Below are positions 37,821 to 51,782 of a stretch of DNA of 64,000 nucleotides, in pieces. Every line of letters begins with the position of its first letter. Within the stretch, counting starts at the first letter, position 1. The position numbers were made by a program, and so were the translations under genes. This stretch comes from Amphiscolops sp. MND2022 (Eukaryota): assembly GCA_964187785.1 (NCBI GenBank), contig OZ076413.1:47618001-47682000 (forward strand), written 5' to 3'. The notes under the pieces are model-generated. The model was given only the letters and a program-made list of their open reading frames with translations. It was not told the DNA's origin and did no database searches.

Positions 37821-40800
37821 ATGGATGTTCATGATGTTCAATCTCAAAATGAATCCCAAATGGTAGATGAACATGACCGATCGACGAAGTCAGAGGATTT
37901 GAACTTGAAAGATTGGCCTTTGGAGGATAGTTTCAAACCTGTCTCCAATTTTCTAGACACAATGCCATCTAACTCTCAGGATACCGAGCCGGAGAGGAGC
38001 ATGAGGACTCCCAGTCCTAGTTCAGTATGGTCGTCTAAAAGATCTTCTCTCCATGAAGCCAGTATTCAGTTTTATCAGAAACAGGACCAACAAGTAGAGG
38101 CCCTGGAGCAGCAGATGGATGAGATGTCAATCTTTTTGGCACAAGGCACACTCCGCAGGGAGAAACTGCTAGCACAAATGCAGTCGGTAAATGCAGAAGT
38201 ACAGGCACACCTCACAAATGCCGATATCAATGTTTCAAACGACGTCAAATCAGAACCATTGACACCGCCAACAAAAGACATGGGGGTGGACCCAATATCT
38301 TTGGACAAAACAACCATGGGTATTGCTGACACTTTGCCTGAATATCACGCCGGTGATAATGGGTTGCGTGAGCGCAACCTCTACTCAAGTGATACGAAGA
38401 ATGAACGAATATCTATCTCATCCTCCATTTCCTTATCGCAGGATTCTTTAAGCAACTCTCACTTCCCTGGAACAAAGTCCCTAATATCAACTACGAAGTT
38501 GCTACCGAGTTTGCTGAAAGACTCCTTTGAGCCACATTCTGCTACATCTAACGCTGGATTGAAACCTTCAGGAAAATTTCAACGCCACTGCTTCCTTTTG
38601 AAGGGGGGAGAGGGCACCAGCGCAGCACAACCAATCGATGAACCGGCCTCGATACCTTCGAACAACGCAACCATGGGCATAGCTCACACGTCGCCAGAGG
38701 ATCACACTGTTCGAGGCAGGTTGCTCGAGAGCAATCATGGTACTGATGACCCAAAAGATGAATTGATATCTCCAGAAAAATTGAAATTCACGGAGGCGAT
38801 ATTCAAAGCCATGGCTAAAGAGTTGGCTCCCTTGATTGCCAATCGTGATCAAACTGCTGTTCGACCAACTTTATACAGAGGTTCGAAAGACGGGACTGTT
38901 GAAGAGTGGTTGCTCGTGATAAAACGGTATTTGGAGCGAGTTTATTCCAATGCTTCACCTGTCGACAAGGCCTGGGCGATAATCGATCACTTAGGTGATG
39001 AAGCTCGGAGTTTTATAATCAACAAACCGGAGTCCGAACGGGATTCTCACGAGAAGGTGACTACCTTGCTCTCCAGCAGATTTGGGACTGGGAGTAACCG
39101 CTGGCCAGTGAGGCAGGCTTTCAGGCTGCGGAATCAGCTTGAGAAAGAGGGCCTGATGCAGTATCTAGATGCATTAGAGGGTCTGAGGAGTCAGGGTTTT
39201 CCTGATGAGCCTATCACCACCCGACGCTATGAAATCTTGCATCGGTTCATGGATGGGGTCAGCGATTCCGTGTTGCAACGAGAACTGACGGTAGTGTTTG
39301 CGACTGAGGCGTATCTAGCCGACCCACCTACCGTGGAATCACTTCGGTTCACTGTACAGGAACTCCAAAGGAGTCGTCACCAGCAACAGACTCGTGACCC
39401 AGGGTGCACCGAGACTTTACCTTACCAGTGCCTACAGAGCGACCAAGTGCCGGGGTCACCAGTGGCTCAGCAGTATGAATCGCTGCCACCCCTTGCACGC
39501 CGGTCGGCGCGATTGCCGATGCCGGCTGCGTCAGTACACACAACCCCTGAATACAGACAGACCGCAACCTTAGAGCAATCCGCGCGCTGCTTGCAGAGTG
39601 CTTGCGCGAGACGCAAGCTGGTGGTGCATCGCCCGGAGCATATTCTTGACCCACATAGTGAGCCCCAGCAAGGTGCTGCAGCAGCGATTCCAGCGCCTGC
39701 TGTCCCAGTGAAATCGTGCACAACTGAGGTGTCTCCAGGTTGTCCAACATTATCAATCCAGTCAGAAACTTCCAGCCCTAGGGCTGAAGAAAAGAAGAAA
39801 ACGGATGCAACGCAAACCCTGTCTACTGCCTCTGGCAGGGTATTAATGCTACGTCCAGCTGACCAAGCCACCGTAAATGCTCCATTGACTGTCACCTGTG
39901 GCACAAAGCAGGTGCAGACAGGTTTGGAGTCCACAACGTTTGACCCTAGTGGCCGGACTTTTTTGTCTGTACACCTAGTGCTGGCCTCGGAGCAACAAAT
40001 ACGCCCAGATTTGACCTTGGAAAAATTGAAGCTGGAGTTAGCTAGCAATTCGGCTGTCAAAAAGATCTCCTTACCACTGCCAAAAGAATGGTATACTGAA
40101 GGCGAAGCTAGTACGTGCACGGCATACACCCCAGTTCCTGTGCATGCCAACATAGATGGCGTGGACATGAAATTTGATGCTAGCGTGGTAGTAGATGTGT
40201 TCCCTCAAGGAGTGTGTCTAGGGCCACATGAATTACGCTGCTATAGCATCGGCAAGCAAGAGCCCACAGGTGAGGCCCGCATAGATGAGCGTGCGTCGCT
40301 CGTAGTATCTTTTGCAGTGCCAGATGCCAACCCTATTCCACTGAGAGGAATGGTCGACACGGGGTCAGGCGTGTCAATCATGAGTTTCTCAGCCTTCAAC
40401 CGTGTAGCCTTGCGGACAGGTGTAGCGCTACAACCTTATCGAATCGACTTGTATGCTGCTAATGGGAAGACGATGAAAACGTTTGGAATAGCGGAGCGTG
40501 TGCGCTTCCAACTTGGTGGATATGAACTCGAAACAAATTTCGTGGTCGTTGATGACGCACATGGTTTGGAAGATTTCTTGCTGGGTAGGAATTTTCTGCG
40601 AACATACAACGTGCTGGTAGATCTGACCTCCATGAAAATTGTGGTGCGAGCACCGGCTAAGCCTGTGTGGCATCACGCACACGCCCAGACGAGTGACGAA
40701 GCTTTATCCAGCACAGTAGTCTTGGATCAAGACGTAGTGCTCCAGCCATTTGAACGTGCTGTTTTACGAGCTAAGTTGGTCACTTCGAACTTGGAAGCTT

Positions 40801-43800
40801 TCGCTTTCAGTAATGTTGTGATTAACTTTGCAACACCGAACCGATTGCTGAAGAACACTATATTCGTGGAAGACACTATAGCCACTGTTGGAGAGACAGG
40901 TTCGTTCTATGTCTCTGTTGGCAATCTGACAAGCAATGCCCAGAAAGTGAAGTGCGGCACCATGCTTGGTACTGCTGCACCAGTACGCCTAGTCTACCAT
41001 GCAGTTCCCCAAAGTGTGCTAGCGCATAAAGGCGAGAGTGACGAAAAATCGGACTCCCCAAATGAGTTCGTCAACAGGGTCTATTCTGAAATGGACCTGA
41101 ACTCGCATTCAAGATGTTCGTCGTCGTCGGAGTTCGAGTTTCTCTCCTCTACAGACCCATCGGAGGAGGGGTTGTCAGAGCGCGAGATCAGAAAGCGCAC
41201 TGACCCTGATCTCTTGGCCCCTATTCCTGGAACCGAATCTCAGTTAGAGGAGGTACAAAAGTTGTGGGGGAAGACTGCCCGCGACTCGCTGAACAACATC
41301 CTTACGGAATTTGATGACCTATTCATGAAGCACAAAGCAGACATTGGTCGCTGCACAATAGCCAAGCATCCTGTTGAGTTGGAGCCTGGGGCTACACCGC
41401 ACCGTGAAGGCGCGAGAAGAATGTCGCCCGACAAGGCGGAGCGCGCTAATCAAGAAGTACGCAATCTCCTGGCTTTGGGCATGATCCAACCTTCGCTATC
41501 ACCTTGGGCGAGTGGGATTGTGATGGTAAAAAAGAAAAATGGGGAGTTGCGATTCTGCTGCGACTTTCGCCCCCTCAACGCTGTCACAATAAAGGACGCG
41601 TATCCCCTCCCACGCATCGATGAAAGCCTTTCACGCTTGGGTAAGGCCAAGATTTACACCAGTATTGATTTGGCCTGGGCTTTCTGGCAGATACCAGTGC
41701 GCAAAGCAGATAGGCAGAAAACGGCATTTGCCTGCGAGCTGGGTTTGTTTGAGTGGAGACGTATGCCCTTTGGGATGTGTAACGCTTCAGCTACTTTCCA
41801 GCGAGCAATAGCGCGAGCGCTACGGAAAATTGTGAACCGGGAAGGAAGCATGGTGATGGCGTACATTGACGACATCGTCATTGCTACCGAGACAGTCGAG
41901 GACCACATGGTACGCTTACGCGAGGTATTTGAATGTCTGCGCGAAGCTGGCTTCAAAATGAGTCGCTAAGTGCAACTTTATGAAGTCGGAAATCAAGTAC
42001 CTGGGACGTGTGGTCTCTGCCGAAGGTATCAAACCTGATCCTAAAGCAGTGGCCAAACTACGCGATTGGGAAGTCCCGAGGAACAAAACGGAGATGCAAA
42101 GCTTTTTGGGCTTCGCCAACTATTATCGAGAGTTTATTCCTTGGCACGCCAAGCTTGTGGCCCCCTTGCATGCTATTACCGGCCTGGGCGCAACTTTCGC
42201 CTGGGGGGATGAGCAGCAACAGGCTTTCAACGCCGTCAAATTGGCTTTGATTGAGGCAACTGCCTTGGCGCAACCGGACTCGGAGTGCGAATTTGTGCTG
42301 GACACTGATGCCAGTGCTGTTGCAATTTCCGGCATTTTGCATCAGTGGCAGGGTCCTCCGGGCGAAAAGCGCCTGAGACCAATTGTGTATGGTAGCAAGA
42401 AGTTGAATGCCACTCAAGCGAAGTATGGCGCTCCCAAGCTTGAAATGTACGCAGCTTATTATTTCATCTTGAAGAATCACAGTTATCTATGCTCCAGAAA
42501 GTTCATCCTTCGGGTTGACAATCAAGCTCTCTCTTGGCTCAAAACGTATTCCACTGATCAGGCCTTGATTGGACGATGGATTATGGCACTCGAGAAGTAC
42601 CATTTCAAAGTGGAGCATCGTCCCAGAACACAGCATAGGAATGCCGATGGCCTCAGTAAACGAACCAATGATTATCGGTGGCGAGAGAAGCAGCTCGAGA
42701 AGCTACCAGCTGTGACAGACAAATGGAATTTCCTCTCACAGGAGGAGTTTGACCAGCTGCCCGTTGCACCTTGGTTCGATTTGCATGGTCGGGTGATACC
42801 CAATCACCCCCAATTGCCCGCTCACTTGCGGAACACTAAACCAGACCCCACAAATGCTGTTTGTCGTGTTGCACGACGGCGTAAGCGCCGTGAGGCCGCC
42901 GAGAAAAGGGAGAGGGCGCTACGCGCTCCTCTACCTGAGGCACCAGTGCTTACATTGCAAACTCATGAAGACTTCTATCCAGATTATCCTGAGGACTGGA
43001 TTGACGTCACTGAAGAGGCTAGGCAAGATTACTTGCTGCCTACACATGTGGCAAATATCCCCTCACGCATGACATATGCCCTTGACGAAACAGTGGAGCA
43101 AGCCATGGCTTCCGCTCCAACAGTGGTTAGGCAAGCTGCCCTAGCCATCAAAGACATAGACACGGAACTTCATGAACATGCCAACACGGTGCATGGCATC
43201 AAGGATCTGCTTTTGGCGCAGAATCGTGATGTGCATGTTCTAGCCATAAAGAAGTTGGTGGCACAAGAGTCTATTGATCATGACGTTTTTCCTGACGACG
43301 TGCGTGCGTTCGCACGTAACTATTACAAGCAGAAAAAAGATCTTCTGTTTGTAAACAAGAATGGAATTCTTTGTGTTAAGTATCCACCTCAGCAACGTCC
43401 ATTGCACGAACGTCCGTGCATGATTGTAATGCCACAATTGTACCAGCATGAAATTTTGTTTCGTGCTCATGATGCCATGGGCCACCAAGGCATTGCAAAG
43501 GTGGTGTCGCGAATCCAAGAACGCCATACCTGGCCAGGTATTCGCCGCAGCGTTGGTCAGTACGTGAGTCAGTGCCTCACGTGCCAGCAAGTACGTGACA
43601 GGCCGGGTGACGTTCGGTTTCACTTGAAAAATGTCCAAAGTGGGTATTTCAATGAGTTGGTCCAGTATGACCATCTGAAAATATGCCCCTCCGATAACAA
43701 TAACACCGGCATATTGGTGATAATTGACCATTTCTCCAAGTTTGCGGAGGCTGTACCCTGCAGCCATGAGGATTACGATGCAGTGACCACGTCTAGGTTG

Positions 43801-46794
43801 CTTTTGCAGAAATGGTTTGCCAGACACGGCACGCCTACGCGGATGCAATCAGACAATGCCCCCAACTTGACCGCAGAGGTATCCAATGAGTTCATGAGGG
43901 CATCTCAGGTCACAAAAGTTACCTCTACGGCGGGTCATCCGCGCACCCAAGGCCTGGTGGAACGACAAAATCGGACTTTGCTGACTTTGTTGCGGGTATT
44001 CTGCTCGCGTCGCATGAGAGATTGGGACCAGCATTTGGATGAAGTCATGGGAGCGTATAACTCAACGCGCCACGCCACGACTGGGTTTTCACCCTACATG
44101 CTGACCCGAGGGACCGAAAAGGCTATTCCTCTCACCTATCTGTATCCGGAGTTCGCAGCCAGATCATTTGAATCGCATGGAGCTTATGTGGAGCATATTC
44201 TTGCTCGCCAGCAAGAGATTCATGACTTGGTGCGTAGAAACACGCATCAGGCGCAACAACGTCAAAAACTAAAATATGATCGAGCTATTCGTGCAAACGC
44301 ATACAATGTGGGAGACCCCGTTTGGGTATTCTGCCGCTATGTACCTCAAAAAGGATCACCGAAGTTGATGAGAGCTTGGCGTGGTCCGCACAAGGTTGTC
44401 CATGTACTACAAGATGGCCGCGTGTATATCCTGGACTCAGGACAAAAAGTGCACTTTGAGCGTCTGAAACCTCATCATGGTGGCCCTACGGAGTTTGCTG
44501 CGCTTCCCTCGGGGAGTGGCGAAGTGGTCGTTGTCATGGATCCTGAGCCGGAGCACTCTGCTGAGGAGATCCGAGATGACTGCTCACAACCCTCATATCG
44601 CGAGGAAGAACCGCTCTCTGAAGCATCAGATGTATCGCTACCATCAAGGAGACGCCACTGGATGGACACCAGGTTGCGTACTAGAATGCGAGCTGGAGGC
44701 AGTCGTCTCCACTATCAGCAATTTGATTATTCCAGTTCCGACCCAGAGCGTTCGCGCTCTGACGACTTGCTGTCAGATGCCCGAGATCATTCCCAGGCAG
44801 AACCTCCGGCGCTATTCGAAGCCTCAATGCCTCCCGATGAACAACCTCGGTCATTTGAACCTGCCAATGACTACGAGCTTCCATTTTTATCCGAATCTGA
44901 AGTTATTCCGGAAGTACCTCAATCGCAAGATATCCCCGTTGCAACTGGAGAAGCCGAAGAATCACTAGCGGGTACATCTGCTCCTCTGTTGACAAATCCT
45001 ACATTGACGGATGTGCCAATTAATATTCCCCAATTGCCGAATGGTACCTCCAACCTCCAAAACACTGAAACCCGTGACACCGAGTTATCCAACACCAACG
45101 AGCCAACTGCTCGGAACAATGTCCCTAGCACGCGTGGCAGGGGCAGATCGCGAGCTGCTCTATCTCGTTGTTCGACACGAGGAACAAATTCCCGGTCGCA
45201 GAACGTGAGCGTGCGCGCTCAAAGGACTCCCAGTCGCAGAGGACGTCCTCGAGGACGACCTCCTCGGAGGCCACGAGGACACAGTATTTCTTCACGGCAA
45301 ACAGCTCGTGAAATTGACACACAGCCTTCAATTACATCGGATTCTGACTCTGATGCGCCCACCGCGCAGCTTACATCCGATGTTGACCAAGGCGCAACGC
45401 AGGTTAACCCACACTATGGCTTACGCCGGAATCGAGTACCTCGATATCGATGTGGAACCTGTGGGTTCCGCGATTGCACTTGTGTCATGGCTCTGAACAA
45501 ATCGCCCACTATCCCACTTGGACCTGTGAAAGCTCCGGTGGATCCAAAGCCTCAACCTTTTATCCACAATGGTAAGCTTCTTGTCAGTCGCGTGGTCATC
45601 CGCGCAGAGAAGACATACACCGGTCTAGAACGAGAACGTATTTTCCCAGTAGACGTCGTGCTGGAAGAATTATCTAAATCCAAGATTGCTGAGGAACCTT
45701 GTCCTCGCTTCAAGGAGTGGACAAGCGATCTCCGCGGATTGGAATTCACACTTGCCGTCACAGTGCCTCCTGTCACTCCTAACATTGTATTTGGACCTTT
45801 CAATTATGAGAGGGAACCCATCCAAATGGTCCGCTGTATCACCGCTGACCTCCTATCTGACAAATACGGCATCACCTGTCAGCCTGGTGAAGTGTATCGC
45901 CCAGCCCAATATTGGTGGTTGCTTGTAACTGCCCCAGATGCTCACTCTCTGGTCCAGCCTGACAGCTTGCGGAGCTGTCTAGAGAGTTTGCGGACTGTTG
46001 TCACTGAGGAACTCATTTTGTGTTTCCACATCGTTGATCTTTATCGTGGAAAACTACGGTTCCGATGGTGGCTAGAGCTGATTATCACTTTGTTCGCCAG
46101 CTTCCCTCGTATCCGCCTTTTGGATGATTGGACCCATTCCTTCACCGAGCCTGTAACGATCCACACTGCACTTGGTACCCTGGATTCATGGTCAACAGCA
46201 AATGTGGATAATCAGTCCCTGTCGAGGTCCGTATGGCAGGATCTATCTGCTATTCGTGGACAGAACCATGTAGACCTAGCTGATGAAAAAGGCCCCGGAC
46301 GTCAGTTTGTGTTTCCTGGTGCCCTACGACCAAATTTGGTCGACTACATTGTTTACGACCAAACTGATTTCTTGCAGGTGCAGGGCCACGTAGCAATTTG
46401 TTGCCTTGCAGACCTTACAACCAATTCTGCTGCCTTGCGCTACATTCTTCGCGAGTGTGGCAGCGACAAAATTTTCCAACTTCGCCCAACAGTTAGTGAA
46501 GTCCTAACTATCCCATCCTCATTGTCTTTAATAGATAGTCAGGTTATTCACCTAATGATAACACGCCCCTCCCAGCGTTCACCACAAATCACCGATGACT
46601 TTTTCTTATGCTTGGAGCACTTGAAAGCTTCATTATTGTCCAACGAAACCCCTGATATTCATTTCCCCATAGTGGACCCTGAACGCCCACTTCGCAGTTT
46701 GGACAATTTTTATCATAGTGTCATGGACGTTTTTGCAGGAACTGATATCACTGTATTTTTGCATGATCGCGTCTGTCTCCATTGCCAGTATTGA
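37821..46794 (+). pseudogene. G2 gag-pol, frameshifted in RT (~41960) and near the C-terminus (~46773)
   Basis: ORFs 37656-41969 (first ATG 37821) and 41980-46794. Relative to G1, 2 nt are missing at atgag|tcgctaag and at gtct|gtctccattgcc. PR VDTGS, YIDD, RNase H, integrase and C-terminal extension are all present. Confidence 0.88.
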
Positions 46795-47931
46795 ACAATT
46801 TCCTGGCATCACTTAGCTTCAACGTAAAATTTTTTTGGTTAATTTTCTATTTGCTATCCTGATATCTCATGCTTGATACGCGTTGCTTGTTACCTTCTGG
46901 TAGCATGCGTTGAAATCCATTGCCAGAACCACACTCCACTTCTTTTCAAGGGGGGAAGGGGTGTCTTCAACGCCCAATCCATCCTCTCGCATTTTCTTCG
47001 CATTCTTTGTTAGTCATTGCTATCTTAATATTAATGAAGGTGCTCAACGATTAAAGCCCGGGGAGTCCCAGTGCAATAAATAACCCAAAAACTCTACATG
47101 TATTGCTACGCCCGAAAGGTGCTATTTTTGTTTTTCTTTTCCAAGATTTCCAGAAGTTTCCTCCAGATTCCAACGTGATATCCGGAAAAATAAGGAGCGC
47201 GCGCGCTCCTGATCTGCAAATGGCAGGATTTGATCTACCTTTGTCTGCTTTACTCCAGTGCTTACTCTTACGAGCAGTTCGTAGTTTGCTTCTGATGCGC
47301 TCCTTGACAGATGCTATTGAACTCTATACAGGTATGGAGCTGCATATCAGTGCGTGTTGCCCAAACCAAGCCGAACTGTAAAAAAAAGTATCAAAGAAAC
47401 AGCTTGTCTTCCTTTTAAACAGTGGTTTTACTGCTGAAAAGAAGTTTTAGCGAAAAGAACTTTTAACTGTGCTGCAAACTGAACTTTTATTGCCGTGGAA
47501 AAGATGTTTTGCTGAGAACCACGTGCGCTTTGGAGCGTGAGCGCTCCGTAAAAGAAATTTTAGACGTCCAAAAACCAAAGTGCTAGCAGGATCCTAATCA
47601 GACTTTTGCAGAAAACTCGTGCTAAAAAGTGGTGCTTTTTTGATTGATGTATGGAATCTTGGATTTGATCAATTTCAAGGTGCATTCTTGAGTACTGGTT
47701 TTCTAGCTCTCGAGCTAGCTCTGTTTCAACAGTTTCTGGACGATGCAGGTTCTCTGGATGGCTAGAAGCAAGACCTCATGGTTGCCCAATCAGCAAAAGA
47801 TGACAGTGCCACTGGATCGTTGCAACATCACCAGTTTGAGACCCCCGTGGATTGCACTCGTGATGTGGCGATGTATTCAATGCCAGCCTCTCCGCATGAC
47901 AGGTACGTCATGCATGAAGCCCGGGGAGTGA

Positions 47932-48704
47932 TGTAACGGCAAGCTCTGGTACAGCAATATCAACCGATTTTGCAACTTTGACATGTTCAGAAATTTTGTC
48001 AAAAATTCTAATCCGATGTGTGACGTGGCACTGAGCATGTGATTGCTCTTTTCGCTGTTTCCACGAAATTGGCAGGTACTTCGACAACAAAGAGCAAGAA
48101 CGAGCAAAAACACGGGCGCGCCGCCATGACAGAAGCCAGAGACGGCAAGAACATCCGAAAATAGACTCTTTTTGAGGTGCTAACACCGGTTTTATCGATT
48201 TTCAGCATTATGCTACCCTATGTAGCGGAAACCGTAAAAATGAGTCTTTTCGCCTAAAGATCCTTGTTTGGTGCTTGGAGCCCCTGCGCCCCTGCTTTTT
48301 AGCTGTGTGGTTTGCCATATTCGTGCCTGTTTTCATGTATTTTCAGTGATTTCGGCTGTATTCAGTAGCGCTAGCGCTAGTTTAGATCTTATTCCCCAAT
48401 TTTAGATCTTATTCACATGTCACCCTGGAACTGGAAATTTACCTTATTCTTGGCATTGTTTTTATATGCTAGTTAAGCGGTGGTCTTTAGAGAGTCAGAA
48501 AGATGCCCGTTACTATTAGCAATCAAAGACTAGGACCGGTTGGACAGTATTCGTCGAAGCACCCGCGGCCCCGGGACGTATTTCACCCCTGGAGGCAAAA
48601 TGGATCTGTGGCGATGGGCGCCTGTCCCGAGCGAATCACCCATTCCTGCAGGTTCCTCCACCTCTGTTGACGTGTTAAGCGACCGATAACTGCTTGCCGT
48701 TACA
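47932..48704 (+). repeat. G2 3' LTR
   Basis: 773 bp, uninterrupted. Confidence 0.97.
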
Positions 48705-49863
48705 TATGAAAAGTCCTCCAGAGACCATTTTCGGGTCAAAACTAATGTTTAGGGTACTGTAAAACCAAGGTCACATGTCGAGGCAACCCAAACATCTTTT
48801 CAGCTCCAGATTGTGCTCCTTTTGCTGAAAGTTACACATTGAACAATTGTTTCGGTCTTTTTTAAAGTAGTCACAAAAATTCACACAATCAAATACTAAA
48901 TTATCATTTTTTCGAAACATTTTTACAAAATTTGACAAATATGAGAGGATGGGGTTTTTGATGTGTGATATACGAAGGTCATATAATGTTCACGTTTTTG
49001 AGTTACGTCATACAGTAAAACGAAATTTTTCAAGAGCAATCTTTTCTCGAAGCAGTTGTGCATGCATTTTTCGAAGGTAAGCACAAACCTCTATATTTGG
49101 TTCTTTGACATAGTTTTTATTTAGTTCTTGTTGATGTTTTCATATTATGACATCTTCGAGATTGTTCTACGTCACTAAATCAAAACTTTCAAAAGTTTTA
49201 ACAACCAGTTGTCTGCTCTACAATTGAGATACAAACTCCACTGAGTATATTATTCAATGTTCATAGACACTAGCTATTACAACTTTAACGAGTGACGTGT
49301 GAAGGTTACTTGAATGTTTTCGGATGAATAGCCTGCTAAGATTAACTTTTTGGCAATTTGGATGAAAAATTTGAAACTGTAAGTTAAACATTTATTTGCT
49401 GATATCACAGATTATTGAAGAAGTCTTCTGGTCAATTTAATCGACATAAACAAATGACAATAAACCTGATATGTAAGTGCAATTTGATTTCACTTTTTAA
49501 GTCGGAATATTCACGTGGAAATGGATGCTTGTTTCGTTTCTGAATAAAAAGAAATTATAGCGAAAACTATTTTCCAAGAAAAATTTGAAAAACTTGCATC
49601 TCAATCCAGAAAATCGTTGAATCATTTACAGTAAAAGTTACAGTAAAAATCAAACTGATAAAAAAAGAAATTTTGAGTAAAAGTAGGAAACGGGTTTTTG
49701 AGAGGGCAAACATGGCGACTCGGAGAGTCATACCCTAAAGACAAATCAAGTATTTATGTTGGAGGCTATAGCCAACAAAATTTGGCTCAAAGACTTTGTA
49801 TACTTTGTTAGCTATATTGTTAAAACTGCTTGAAGTTCTTACATGTTTTTGAAGATTGCCAAT

Positions 49864-51782
49864 TGTCGTAAGCTTGTTCTTGCTGATTGTCTAGGAAACA
49901 ATCAACGTGTAGGCTCACATCTAAAGTTACTTTCAGTTTTCTCGCTGCGGTAGTCTTCGGGATTAATTTCCGGTCTCTCATTTGGAATTTTTCATCTTTT
50001 TTGTGTCACATGTCCGGACCCGGCCTTCAGGACATTTTGTATTTGAGGCAGTATCTGATTGCTTATTGCATCACTAATTGCCCTCTGGATCTGAGTATTA
50101 ACACTATTCATCATCTCATCCATTTCTCTGGATAGCCTCGAGTTTAACAACTTGACAATCTGTTGAACTCAGCGTTTGAGTTAGCACTTGTAGAATTTTG
50201 TCCGGGATCGGCATCATTACGAAGTCCCAATTCTCTATGATTCAAGTACAGGTTTTCTTCATTGTCTTCAAACATTATGCTATTGACACTTTCTGGTCTT
50301 CTAGCTGAATTGCTATTTACACTTTCATCTCTCTCAGGGTGTCTTGCGCATAACATTATGTCTAAGTTTTCTATTTCTGAGAGCATTTCAATCCCTCCTG
50401 ACTTTCTTGCCGTTTTCTATTTTCTTGTAGTAGGCATTTACAAAATCCGAGTACAAACACTTGAATTATTTGATATCGGAAACTTAACAGTGTAACCGTT
50501 CGTAAGAGGTATCTTTATCAGAGTAGGCAAAATCAATAAGTGTCCCTCTCAGGCGATACACCGGAATACATGCTCCTGAATGGATGACACCCACATTTTT
50601 TACATTTTCTGATTAGGAAGAAATCATGTGATATAAGGTGACTTCAATCGTAGTAGGTCACATGACCTTCATCATCAAAAAGACATCTAAATATATTACA
50701 CAACAAATGATAGGTTTTCGTGACATCAAATGAATACCTCTAATTCATTGGTCAGGCGGATTAACCACGTCAAAGCAACAACAACAAAATGCGGAATTAT
50801 AAGTACTCATGGTAAGCACGTGCTGACATGCATGACGTAATAGGCTACACTACAACAACTGAACTGTGAATTACATGTAATACAAAATACACCAAAATTA
50901 CCTAAATAGGCAATTTAACACATCAATCTATTATTATTAGGGAACGGGTTTTGTTCAAATACTGAATTGAGAGTAGGACTGTATAACTTAATTCCAATTC
51001 AAACATTAGCACCTGCTGGACTTCAATGAATTGGTTCGCATTGGGGTTTTTACATCATAAAATAACATCACTATTAATGCAGCTCAATTATAGTACCAAT
51101 ATGGCCAGAATAGGCCAAATCCTTAATATTAAATAAGCATCAGTAAAAATAGGCAAATGGTCTTAGCCGCCGATTGAATCTAAATCCAGAATATTAAATG
51201 ATAAGACAGGAGAAAGGTTGTTACTTGGTACAAGAAGCACAAAAACAATAGTACTGGTTAATTACAACCATAATTGATATAACAATATCATCTTACACAA
51301 AATAGCCGGAATCAGCCTTTTGACTAGAGTACTGAATTAAATCAACTATATTAAGTCAACAGGCCTTATTCGGCCATTAATAGATGAAAGTGTTATTAAC
51401 ACTGCAAACGAAGCGATCTGATTGGATGATACTCTGTGCTCAAGTGACGCTCTCGGAATAGCACTTAACGTCACTTGAACACGTTTCCTTTACTGCAGTA
51501 TAGTTGTACTCAACTCGTATTGGTTTGATTCACATCTACAGCACCTTTTCAGCTAAATTTGCCAATTTGATCTAGATTCGCCAAACAGTACTATTAACCA
51601 ACCAATATAAATCCCATTAAGGTACAAAACCATAAAATAATTGAACAAAAATAAAAATACATGAGAATTTTACTAAAAGTTTATTAGTTTGCATCTAAAA
51701 TGATGGTAAAGTACCTGGGACTATCTCCTGGTTTTTGCGGAAGTTTTTATTGCTGTACCGTCAGAGGCGGCAGCCTGCGACA
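49864..51782 (-). mobile_element. Solo LTR (1919 bp), long-LTR Gypsy group
   Basis: Minus strand starts tgtcgcaggctgccgcc, ends gcttacgaca; TSD ccaat (49859-49863 / 51783-51787); degenerate gag N-terminus (MLSEIENLDIML..) at ~50440-49864. Confidence 0.88.

Larger units (their letters stand above)
32367..48704 (+). mobile_element. G2: full-length giant Ty3/Gypsy LTR retrotransposon (16,338 bp including a MITE), sister family of G1
   Basis: 773-bp TG...CA LTRs (one substitution seen; 5' copy carries a 547-bp MITE), same PBS as G1, ~4-kb leader, gag-pol homologous to G1, no ORF3; 3-bp TSD tat (32364-32366 / 48705-48707). Confidence 0.97.
32259..48836 (+). mobile_element. Partial LTR related to solo LTR 53375-54088, split by insertion of G2 (segments ~32259-32366 and 48708-48836)
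   Basis: Rejoined flanks (...gacgtatgaaaagtcc...gagaccatttt...actaatgt...gttaca) align colinearly with 53850-54088 (...gacgtcagaaaagtcc...). The 5' boundary is approximate. Confidence 0.7.

Noticed and set aside
41950..41980. Programmed frameshift within G2 RT
   Set aside because: Falls mid-RT with no slippery site; G1 is continuous here; explained by a 2-nt loss in an agag run (decay or assembly error).
10960..46000. Many 60-230-aa ORFs antisense or out of frame within gag-pol
   Set aside because: Expected shadow ORFs of long coding regions; no independent support.
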